Assembly: GCA_002189035.1 (NCBI GenBank)
Contig: CM007992.1
Span: 1,798,001 to 1,862,000 of the forward strand
From: Utricularia gibba
Lineage: Eukaryota > Plantae > Magnoliophyta
Reading direction: 5' to 3'
DNA: 64,000 bases
Below, one piece after another: positions 24,550-36,252 of the stretch. Made by a program: the position numbers and the translations under genes. The notes below the pieces were generated by a model. The model was not told the DNA's origin. It did not search any database and saw only the letters and a list, made by a program, of their open reading frames with translations. Each line of letters starts with the position of its first letter. Position 1 is the first letter of the stretch.

Positions 24550-26161
24550 AAAGTTTCAGAAATTATGGTGAGAACTAATTACCGGATACATGGCGTTCCA
24601 TGGTTTTTGAATGTTGTTTGTTCAACAAATTTCAAAGAAAGTGAAATGTGAAAAACCTTGAAAGCATAATTCAACTATCATAATTCTGTAAATAAGATTA
24701 TATAATGTAAAAAAAGCATAAATAAACCTTTTGTGGATCTTAAATAAGGGAAATATAATCGGAACAACAATTCGTTCAAAACATACTTTTTATAAATCTT
24801 ATTCATTTCTGGTTTTTCCAAGAGGACTATCTACCTTTCTTGACACTTTTGCAGCATGTGAGTTACCTCATATTACTTTCTCCGGATGATCAAGAAAACA
24901 AGAAGAATTACCATTGATTGCTCTCAAGATCGGATGATGTACATGTACTCGAATGTTGTCAATGATCAAATGGTCCAAATATGAAGTCATTATCTATTGA
25001 TTATTATAGGACGCTAGTTAAATCATTGCCTTCATGCAAAAAGGAGTAGAAGTTGGTGTCTTTCAACTTGATTCCTATCAAAACTAGCATGCAGTGGCCT
25101 CCTACTTGTGAATTTTAACTAGGAGCTCATTACATAAACATTGCAATAGATATGCATGAAAATTTGTGAATCCTAAAACAAACCAAGAGACAGAAATGAA
25201 TATTAGTCACGAGATTTGGAAGGGGAAGCCTCTCAACTTAGAAACAAGAGGTTTAGTCACCAAAAACCATTACAAAATGGGAAGTCAAAATAAACTAGAA
25301 TCCTTCCAAAAAGAAAGAAGATGAATAGTGCAAAGCAAAAGACAAAATTAAAAAACCTCCTCAAGATATGCATTCTGCTCTAAATCTAATTGCAAGACAC
25401 AATTTCTTGCACTGATAGATACAATTATTGTTTCTTCTATTAGTTTCAATCTTGTTGCACACATTATGGTTCATCATAAAATTTATTTTTTTGCCATAAA
25501 TCATGGAAAGCTTTCTTGTATGAAAATATGCTCTCTTTTACGGCTAAGTAGTGATGTCACACTTTTAGATGCCTACTCATGTATGTTTCTCCAACCATGC
25601 ACTACATTAAAATAGACTAGAGAAATAAAAAGTAAAACAAATGCAATAATAAGAAAAACTATACTTATTAAGAAAATATATATATCTTTATTCTAAACTC
25701 CTAGTTGGATGATCGGGATATCCTTAAATAAAAGTATCTTTCTAGTATTTTGCGAGGTTTTCTCCTTGAAAGCGGAGAATGTAAAATCGTGAAAGTTGGG
25801 TGTTTGAAGTGGAGAATATTGCATAATGGAATCATGAGTCTTGACATTTAACATAAATGGACCTATAAAAATACATATAAAAATATATTCAAAATGAAAA
25901 TTAATAACAGCCCTACGCAGCATTATGATTAGTACCGAGTTCACCATACCTGGTGCTTTACGACACTACTTCCCCTGCACATGTTATGGCCAACATTAAT
26001 TTGAGCCCACACAATGGTGCACGACTTTGCTGTATTCCATAAGTTATGGCCAGCAAAAGACAAGTTGTGCTTTTTATTTTGCATTTCTTTTGGAATATCT
26101 TGTAAATGATGTCTTTGTTCAGGTTTTTTTTTTTTTGTTGTTGAGATCTTTCTTTGACCAA
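24550..26161 (-). pseudogene. Possible degenerate Ulp1/C48 SUMO-protease-like transposon cargo gene
   Basis: Minus strand near 25120-25040 reads NSQVGGHCMLVLIGIKLKDTNFYSFL, resembling Ulp1 IPIN..HW.L.VID....YYDSL. A weak KQ....EC-like motif lies near 24600. Upstream open exon-like segments at 26160-25950 and 25870-25700. Heavily decayed. Confidence 0.35.
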
Positions 26162-26399
26162 TGATAAGTTTATAGCAGTCTTATCACATAATTAAAGAAA
26201 CAACTAGAAAAACATTTCAATCATTCACATTAGACAGATAGAAAGCAATGAAAATAGCTACAAGGTTACAATTAAAAGGTAACCAATACTCATAGCTAGT
26301 CCAAAAGTGAAACTTATAGGCTCTTTCAGTTATTGCATCAAGCATGAACTCCTCTTCAACTAAACTCTCCAAAAAAAAAAAAGCAAGTTGGATAAGTTA

Positions 26400-27271
26400 C
26401 TCAATATAACCTCTATGATAGATAAACATTAAATTGTTGTAAGATGGAGTGATAGAATCTTGATCATAGCAGCAACTTTGTGCTAGTTTTTCTTGAAGTT
26501 GTGTGCATCAACTATGAGTGTTTCACCCAATTTCTCAATCAATGCATTCATATGGTCATTTCAATTCAATCATTAGCTCATGAAATTTAGAAACACGCTT
26601 CTTCCTTTTCCTACTCTTATAAGGCAGTCTCAATCATCCTATGCACCTCATGTAGTAGACTTGTGACTGTCGTACTCTGTGGTTGTATTGCCAGGTGATC
26701 AACTCGTTTTATATGTCAAAGATTCATTGAAGGAATAAGCATTCCACTTAGTTCCATCATTGAAGGTAACATCATTGAATTTCAACAACAATGTAACACC
26801 ATTAATTTCTAAGTTAGAGTCTATTGTCTGCATCAATTCATCCTCAACATCCTCAAACGATTAGGCTCTATGTCTATTAGCTCTATCTTTTCCAAAGATT
26901 TCAACCAATCGTTATAGAGAGGACACGACTTGTATTTTAGCAAGTTATAATGTCTATCATTATGCTAGTATAATAAATAGTTGATAGAAATAAGTAAATT
27001 ATAAATACCATAAAGTAATGAAAGCTCTTACACGCTTCATTTCCACCCATAGTTCATTAGTTGTATCTAGAGTGTTGGAGATATTGTTGAATCCATTCCA
27101 AATTTTCAAGCATATCGTCAAGTAATCTCTTTTCACCAAGTTTTCATGCTGCTCTGTCATACTATTGTCATCCTTTGGTTTGGAAGCATGTTTGTTTTTC
27201 AATTTTTGACCTCTAACCATTATCAAGACTTTGCATAAATAATTGATACTACTTAAAAAATATAATTTCAT
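26400..27271 (-). pseudogene. PIF-B ORF1 (Myb/SANT-like) remnant
   Basis: LVKRDYLTICLKIWNGFNNISNTLDTTNELW (ORF 26999-27271) aligns with PIF-A ORF1 KIWKKEYYMIMDILSQSGIGWNSTTRMLEAPDEIW. Convergent with the PIF-B transposase. Confidence 0.55.
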
Positions 27272-27949
27272 TCAACTAAACATTCAATATATCCAATGAA
27301 ACATTAAATAAAAAATTATAAATATCATTAGTAATTAGAAAAATCAGTGACACCAAAATCCAAATATTCTTTATCTAGTGGAAAGAGCACAAAAAATTTC
27401 ATGATCCAAAACTGAAAACAAAAAGGAGATGAAATTGATAGTATCAATAGGGTTATAATGAATCTAGAATGAGTGTGGGAAAGATTCATTACCTTTTTCT
27501 TGTTCTCGAGAGGGCTACAGCTAGGAATTGACCTGGGATAAAAAAAAATATATCTCATTAATTTCAATTTCTGAATTTACATATATGGAGATGATCTTTT
27601 TAATATGAATTATTATAAACCATCATTTTTAAACTTATCTATGATACATAATACAATTTTAAACATCTATTTGTTAAACATATTTATTAAAAAAACTTTT
27701 AATGCAAAGCATACAATAAGTGTTTATATAAATACAAATAATAAAAATACTCATTGACTAATCCATACTATCAACAACGCCTAATAGCACTATATACTCA
27801 TTGACAAAAATAATGCTTTGTTTGTTATAACTTTTCGAAGACTATTTACAAGAAATGCTTATGAAAAAGTAATAGTGGAGGTTTTGGATTTTTATTAACA
27901 CTAATAAACATTTTTATATTTTTAATTTTTTTGCTGGAGAAGTCATTTA

Positions 27950-29946
27950 AATCATAATTATATCATTTATGTAGTACTTCCTTTTAAGTATAAATTATTT
28001 CAAAGAGAACATTCATGCCTCAACAACAACCACTATATACTTGAAGCAAATACAAATGACTTCAACAGCCTCAAGCATAACAGATTCTAGTCAAAAAAAA
28101 AAAAAAAATGGGATGACCAAATGCAAGGAACATCTTCTTGATTGACTGTAACTTGGTCAATTTAATTTTTATCCATTTGTTCCTTGATGGTTAGAGAAAA
28201 ATTCAATGTGTCAATCATCTCTGTTGATAGTAAGATGCTTGAGTTGATTATCAAGGATTTAAGATGTGCGTCGTTTTCATAAAAAATTTTAAAAGATTTT
28301 TAAACTCGATGCATAGTATGAGTGTCGAACACAAAGAGTTGCTTTTCAAGGGAATGATGAAGTTACACCGAATAACGATTTGTAAATGGGTTTGTAAACA
28401 AACAATGAAAGTGAATTTAAACGATGAATCTTAAACAAAGAAAATATTCCTAGGATTGGAATCCTGTCCAATTACGCTTATCGCATCTTTACTCTTCTTT
28501 GAACTTCTCAAGTACTTGATTATAGAAGTAAGAAATTGTCTATCATCCCTTAAACTCTATTGTAAGGAGGCATGGGAATAGTCCAATATTGCTCCCCCTT
28601 GGGCGAATGAGAAGATAATAGGTCCCACTGTTATTACTCTCATGGTCGAATTGCGCATATGTGCCCGAGTGTTGCCAATAACCCAATGAGTCTAGATATG
28701 AGATCACTATATGTCCATTGATCCTGTGGTACAGCCACAGACAAAACATTGTCTCCCTCAAACCAAAAAAGTGTGGGCTGGTGCTTTCCACTTTGCTCTT
28801 CCTCCAAACTCACAGGTAGTTATCAGCTAACCATAAATCTTGAATAAAAGGATGAATCTTGAATAAGAGGATGTTATAGAAAGATTATAACATAATCGTG
28901 TGAAAACATGCGAAACCCAATGAGATTCAAAATTAGAAATGGAGACTAACTAACAAAACATAGAGTTGGGAGTCTCCCAATCCAAAAGCAAGAGTTTCTA
29001 GCTACAAATGGTCATGCAAAGCAAGGGAAGCAAAAACAAAGCTTTAGAGAGAAGTTATTAGAAAATCCTCTAGAAAGATAAAACTAAGTCTAAAATTGGA
29101 ATTGAAAACTAGAATTGAAAGTCGAAACTCGAACTCTCCTCTTTCTGTTTGAGTTTTCATTTCCCTCTAATCGTGATGTGGACCGGAGTGACTTGCAAGG
29201 GACCTCCTACTCTAACATTAGTATGCTAATGATGTCTTTGTCAGAGGCTCCTGTGTACTACGCATCAAGACTAATCATTAGATATCTATAGTCTTTTGAA
29301 AATCAAGGAAATGTCAGTTCGGGAAGATCTATTTTGTTGCCATGTGATGCTTTCTTTTTCACACTTCCTACCACGTGTTCGCCTCTAACAAAACTAAAAC
29401 AAAAATATTAGATAAAACAAAGAAATTAAGATAATTACTTTAATCTAGGTAAAACTTAAAACTTATATTATAAACCTATAATTCGATGATTTTAATTACA
29501 TTTAAAAATATAAAATAATTCAAAAGGTAGTAAGAAAATGACACTCAACAACCAAATACTTGTTTTTGCAATTTGTATTGTGCCCATTACAACCACAGAC
29601 CTCCACCAACATTGGTGAGATTCCAATAAAATGGCCTTCAGTGTATCTAAAGTGGATGATTAGAAAGATGATGTTGGATTCTTAGTAAACACCTTAATAA
29701 CCTCCAAAGCAAAACTAAGGTAAAAGAAGTCTTCAAGATTACTTGAGATCCTGAGCTCAAGTGCTACAAGGATTTGGAAAAAAATAAATGGTAGCTTCTC
29801 CTTGGCTCATCCTTGAGTTGCATGAATGCAAATATCAATATTGATGCACTCAGCCAATAGAAGCGAATAGAAGCACCATCGGATGAAAACAATGTTGGTT
29901 GATAAAAAAATAAAGGCTCAAATGTGCGGATTGGAATCAAAATCAT
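27950..29946 (-). mobile_element. Very degenerate copia RT/RNase H remnants flanking solo LTR A
   Basis: Weak similarity only: DNQ...HIEF (about 28150-28250) and LEV/EPLFFY-like segments (29700-29940). Confidence 0.35.
28262..29550. mobile_element. Solo LTR, unclassified 1.3-kb family, copy A
   Basis: Colinear with 33706-36252 and with the reverse complement of 59500-60850. Left terminus decayed (AGATGTGCG for TGATGCGTG); right terminus AAAATGACACTCAACA. No matching TSD. Confidence 0.75.
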
Positions 29947-32900
29947 GTTTTTAGAATTAGTTGCTTATAGATGGTTAGTTTATTTACTAATAAGAAATTG
30001 TAACTATTTCATTGCAATTTAGTATTAGATAAGGATCATCAATTCTTATAACTATGTGTAATAATTTTAGTAAGAATGAATAAGATGAACACTTCCAAAT
30101 TTATTCCTTATTCTAACAACAATTTGTCTTGATTTTTTATATTATTCATATCTTCCAAAAATTGGTATCAGAGCAAAGGATGTCCAATAATGGTGTTTTT
30201 CATGTTTCAATGTCGACAGGAGCTAATTTTGACAATTGAAAAATTAGGATGGAAGCAATGTTTGGGGCATATGAAGTAATGAATGTTATTCAAACTGGTG
30301 CAACCATCCATTTTGATGTGGCCACATTGAAGTAGGATAAGAAAACATCGTCTTTAATTTATCAAGACTTTGATGATCATTTTTTTTTGTAAAAGTTGTA
30401 GTTTCAACAACAACAAAACAGGCCTTGGATGCCATATCAAACTCTTGTCAAGAGTTTGATAAAGTGAAGAGAGTTAGATTGTGAACTCTTTGTGGAGAAT
30501 TCAAATTACTTCATCAGATATTGGTGATTATGCAATCCATGTCTAAGATATTTCAAACCAAATGAAAAGGTTTGGAGAAGTGGTACATGATGTTTAACTT
30601 GTTGAAAAAGTTAAGCATTCATTGGATAACAAGTATAATTATTTTCCCATTGTGATTAAATAAGCAAATAATTTTGGTGAAATGACTTAAGATGCTTTGA
30701 GGAGGTCTTTTCAAGCATATGAGACTAGACTAAAACATGGAGATGACTTTTCATTCTCATCCAAGCTTCTTCAATTAAAAGGTACATATGGCATAAAAAA
30801 GGAGAAAAAAACTGGAATTCTCATGGTTGTGGATCCCATCGAGGAAGAAATTATGGTATGGTCTTCAACATCATCTGATGTGAACAAGGGGTATACTCAT
30901 TCTTATCATGAAAGAGGACACTTGAATTGAAGATGAAAATGTACTTTAAAGTGTAATTAAAGTATTGATTTTAAAAAGTTCAAGAAGGTCAATGTTGAAT
31001 TTTAAGACTGTCACATACAAATTCATGAGAATGTCGAAATGATGGAGGTGAACAAAATAATCTCATTGCATAAGAGTCTAAGAAAGAGTTTGAATCACTA
31101 GTTTTATTGACGGCTACTTAAGTATTTAAAGATGAACAAAATATCTTGTATTTAGACTATGAGACCAGCAACCAAATGAGTGAAAATAAAAATCTTTTTT
31201 CTTCATTGAATGAAGTTTATTATAGATCAATTATTCTTGGTAATTCATCCAAAATACTTGAAGGGAAAAGGCATTATCTTACTTTCTTTATCAAATGAAA
31301 GTTATCAAATTGTCTTTGATGTTTGTTTTTATCAAGATTAAAGTATAATATTTTGAGCTTTAGATAACTCTTGGATAGAAAATTCATTATTCATTTGGAG
31401 AATATGAATTTGAATTTATTTGATGATGCAAAGAAGGTTATATCTTCCATAAAAATGAGTGAAACAGAATTTTCTCACTCATATTGAAGTTTACCTCTTC
31501 TCCTTGTTTGAAAGCATGCTATGTAATGGTGCTTAGACAAGGCATATGTGTTTTGGACACATCAACTTTGAGATCTTTGGAAGACTGAGGAGAAATCAAA
31601 TGGTTAATAGTTTACCACCTATTTCATGACTAAATCAAATCTCTGAAGGATGTGTATTTGGAAAGCAAGAAAGGACCGAAATTCCTAAGATTTCATGGTC
31701 GGGAGCAAGACGTCGTTTGGATTTAATACCTGGTGATCTTTTTGATCCGATTAAACTATGTATTTTGAAATAACAATAATTTTCTTCTATTTGTGGATGT
31801 TTATAGTAGAAAGTTGTGGATCTATTTGATGAGAAACAAACCTCAAGTATTTAAAATCTTTAAGGAATTCAAGGCCAAGATTGACAAACAAAGGGATTTA
31901 TATATTAAATGCTTGAGAAGGGACATCGAGGATGGATTCAATCCTAATCAATTTATTTATTATTGCAAGGAGTTTAGAATACATAAGTTACGCATAGGAG
32001 CCAAGACATCTCAACAAAATGGTATTGTTGAGAGAAAAAATAGAATCATTCTTAACATGATACGATATCTTTTGAGAACAAAAAATATGCCAAAGGAGTT
32101 TTGGGGAGAAGCCACTACTACTATAATACATATTTTAAATAGTATTACTATAAGAAGTGTGGCAAATATGACTCAACAAGAAGCTTGGAATGGGATCAAA
32201 CCTTTTATCTCTCATATGTGGATATTTCAATCCATTGTGTATACTCATAACCTAAATGGCGTGAGCATTAAGTTAGACGACAAATCCCAAAAGATGATAT
32301 TTTTTGGATATGATCAAAACTCAAAGACTCATAGGTTGTTTGATCCACTTACAAGGAACATTCTATTAAATAGGGATGTTGTTGTCAATGAAGCTTTAAG
32401 CTAGGATTGAAAATCTTTGTTAGAACAGATAATTCATACAATTATGTTAATCTACAGTAGTTGGAATCTAGTGTTGAAGATGACTTTGGTGATATTCCCC
32501 AGTAGGAAGATGACTTACCAACTAACAGTGGTGCTTCTAATGCTTCATCAACATCATATTGGGAGTGAAGGATAAGAAGATTTTTAAGACATCTTAATGA
32601 TTATGATATTGAACTCCCATCATAATTAATGAAAGGAAGGAATGATGATCTCTTACGTGAAGAGTAACTTCTCTCAATTTTTCTTATTCATGGATACTAA
32701 ATCATTGGATTTTCATGATTCTATCCAATATCCAGGATGGAGGAAAATAAAGGATGATAAAATACGTTTGATAGAAAAGAATCATACATGGAGCTTTGTT
32801 GATAGACCATCAAACAAGATTATTATTGGGATCAAATGGGTATACAAGATTAAACGCAAGGCAAATGGTGACATTGATCGATTGAAGGCATGATTGGTGG

Positions 32901-33705
32901 CAGAAGGCTACAAACAAGTGGAAGAAATTGATTTTGATCAAGTTTTCACTTGCTGCTCATTATAAGTTGAAGATATGGTAAATAGATGTCAAAGATGCTT
33001 TCTTAAGTGACATCTTAAAAGAAGAAGAAGATACGTGGATCAACCATTAAGTTCTGTTAAAAAGGGAGATGAAGGAAAGGTTATAAAATTACAACAACGC
33101 TCTTTAAGATTTGAGACAAGCAACACATACTTGGAACTAGAGAATAGATGCATACTTATGAGTAAGACACTCTATTCAATGTCCTCATGAACATTTGCAG
33201 TGTATACATGGAAAGGAGCAAATTGATATGTTGATTGTGTGCATTTATGTTGATCATTTTTTGATAACATGTAGCATAGAAGATGAGATAAAGGAATTTG
33301 AGTTCAAGATAAGTGAAAAATTTGAGATGGGTGACGTTGGTTAAATACATTTCTATGTGAAAATTGGAATTAAACATTCATCTGACATAATATTTATCAT
33401 TCAAGAAGGCTTTCTTAAAGATCTTCTTAAGAAGTACAACATGACTTCATGTAATTTATTGAAAACTCCATTAGAATACAACCTAAAGATGAGTATTAAT
33501 GATTCTTCAAAAGAAGTTGAAGTCATTTCATTTAAGAGTCTTGTCACGACTTACACTACCCTTGTACAATATTATTTATTTTGAACATTCAATCTTCATG
33601 GTTTTCATGTTTTTTTCATCTTTGCCCAAGAGTTTCCTAGGTGATCACCCTTCATGAAATTATCCCAGGTCAAGCATGCTTGAATTTGGAGTTTCTATTG
33701 ATCCT

Positions 33706-36252
33706 TGATGCGTGTAGTTTTCACAACAAATTTTAAAGATTTTTTAAACTCATAAAACACAGAAGTGTAATACGGGTGTCAAACGCAGGGAGTTGTTTTT
33801 CACTGAATGGTAAGGTTACACCGAATACAACTGTCACGATTTGTATATAGTTTTGGAAGTAAAGGTGCGAGAAACATAAGTGATGAAGCTTGAGTAAGGA
33901 AGTAAGAGGGTTGTAAACAAACAACAGAAATAAACGTAAACGATGAACCTTAATTAAAGTGAATGTTCCTGGATTTTGGATCCTGCCCGGCTATATTCAT
34001 TGCGTCTTCACTCTTCTCTAGTCTTCTCAAGTACTCGATTATAGGAGTAAGAAATTGTCTATCCTCCCTTACACTCTCTTGTAAGAAGGCATGAGAATAG
34101 CCCGGTGTTGCTCCTCACCGGATTAAAGACGAATGTGAAGATAAGAGGTTCTGCCAACGTACCCTCATGGCTCAATTGCGCACTGATAACACATATTTTT
34201 GAGTGATGGAGTACATGGAAATTACTCATATTGTGCTACAAAAAAATCATGTTTTATTGCCTAATTCTGTATTTTCGTGCATAATATCGTAGTTATGTTA
34301 TTTTAGTCTTAGTTGAGACTAAATCGTAGATTTAGTCCCAACCTTCTAATAGTTTCCTTCGAGCAATGCAACACATGTCGACAATACAAATCCCAAAGAG
34401 CCGAATATGAACAGTGTAGTGGCAGAAGATGAGTCCAAAAGTCTGAAAAGGAGTACACACGAAATCTAAGGAAGGAAAAAGTAGGATTTTGGACAAAAAA
34501 GAGGACAAGGGAGAGAGAGAGGCAGATCTCCCCCATTGGAGACTCATGACAGCTTTCTGGAGATGGTTTTTCTAGGGGAAAGTCACAGAAGAACCATGGA
34601 GAACGAAGAAGAAGATTTCAGCTACACTTGAACTTTTCGTTTATCAGGAAAACTATTCCTAATTAGGAATAGATTTAGCTTTCAGCGTGGACTGTTTATC
34701 ATCTTTTGTCTTTGTTTATGTTTCTTTCTTGTTGTTGCACAACGACATAAACATGTTCTGATTTCTAGGTTATTAAAATGTTTTTCTTTCCCTTGTTATG
34801 AGTGACTAAATATTTAAGGATACCTTGGGGGTGAAAAGGGGAGATTTGTGTTAATCAATCTTTAGACCTAATAAACCATAAATCACACCACTTCCTTAAT
34901 AAACCAGGATAGATCCAGGAGGGGAAAGTAGTGAAACCCGACTTAACAACCCTAATTTGAGGTAGACCAAAGATTAGGGGGAAAACAAGAGTTTGGGTAG
35001 ACCTAGAATTTGTGTGTTAGTTGTTTAATTTATGGTTTGTGTGAGCTTGTTTAGTGATAAGCATATGTATTTTAGGAGTCCCAAGACATCATCCATTTCA
35101 TTCCAGAAACAACCGAGTTCAGAAGCTTGTTACTTTTCTTTAATTTATTTTATCGTAACTTTGCCTTAGTCCTAGTTAAGAACAAATTTATCAACGTGAC
35201 ACTGATTATATGCATTGACTTTCACATAGCAACAACCTAGCTACTTGTGTTCGACCCTAGTCCAATATGTTCGTATTTTCCATATGATTTGAGATGAATT
35301 AGATTTATAAATTTTATTTGATAGGAGAAATTTGTAAATTAACGACTTTGCACTAATTTTTCGTTTATCACGCATATGTGCTCGAGTGTTGCCAATGACC
35401 CAGTGAGTCCAGATACGAGGTCACTATCTATCCATTGATCCTGAGGTATGGCCACAGACAAAATGTTGTCTCCCTCCTGCCAAAAAGACATGAGTTGATG
35501 TTCTTCACCTTGCTCCTCTCCAAGACTCGCCGGTAGTGATCAGCTAATCATGAATCTTGTATAAGAAGACTATTATAGAAAGACTGTAACATAGTTGCGT
35601 GAAAACATATGGAACCCATTCGGATTCAAAGAAGAGATGAAGATAAACTAACGAAACATTGACTTGGGAGTACCCCCACCTAGAAACGGAAGTTTCTAAC
35701 CACGGACGGCCATACAAACTAGAGAAAACGAAAGCAAATTCTACAGAGAAGTTACAGGAAAATCCTCTAGAGAGAAAAACAAAAGTCTTAACTAAACTGA
35801 AAGTTGAATTCTAAATGTTTGAATTGAACTAAACTGAAATGAGAGTCTGACCTATTGTGTCCCGTTGGTTTTGCTGTGACTTGGAGTGACTTGCACGAAA
35901 GTTCTGCTCTGACATTGGTACGCTGATGATTTCGCCTGTTAGGGACTCCCATGTTCTACATGTCAAGGCTCATGATTAGGTGTTTGCAGTCTTTCGGAAA
36001 TTAAGGAGACGTTAGTTCAAGAAGATGCACTTTGTCGCCATCCACCATCTTCTTTCTCTCACTTCCTGCCACATGTGTGCCTCTAGAAAAACTTAAATAA
36101 AACAAACAAAAATATTAGATAAAATACAAGATTTAGGATAATTATCCTAAATTAGATAAAAACCTAAATCTTTGATTATAGATTCCTAATTAGACAACTT
36201 TAATCACATCTAGATACAAAAACATCCTAAGAGAAAGTGAGAAAATGACACT
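33706..36252. mobile_element. Solo LTR, unclassified 1.3-kb family, copy B (about 1355 bp net)
   Basis: Starts TGATGCGTG. Colinear with copies A and C. The last few bases and the right TSD appear deleted. Confidence 0.8.
34184..35370 (+). mobile_element. Athila-like solo LTR 3, 1187 bp
   Basis: TGATAACAC...CGTTTATCA. TSD CGCAC/CGCAT (34179-34183, 35371-35375). Copy A has the uninterrupted site ATTGCGCATATGTG. Confidence 0.85.

Larger units (their letters stand above)
7790..27781. mobile_element. Old PIF/Harbinger element (PIF-B), expanded to about 20 kb by nested retrotransposons
   Basis: Left TIR GGCATCGTTTGGTAG at 7790 preceded by TAA. Degenerate right TIR (reverse complement GGCGTTGTTGATAGT) ends at 27781, followed by TAA. 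Transposase remnants on + and an ORF1 remnant on - lie between them in convergent layout. The right TIR has 3 mismatches and an indel, so that boundary is tentative. Confidence 0.65.

Noticed and set aside
28093-28108. 16-nt poly(A) run as a LINE/SINE tail
   Set aside because: No TSD or SINE/LINE body recognisable upstream; treated as a simple homopolymer.
33625-33700. Functional 5S rRNA gene
   Set aside because: Partial (about 75 of 120 nt), heavily mutated, not in a tandem array, and inside an LTR with a TSD; better explained as Cassandra-derived.
36224-36228. ATCCT as the right-hand TSD of solo LTR B
   Set aside because: It matches the left flank, but copies A and C show the LTR continues about 25 bp beyond it, so the match is coincidental.
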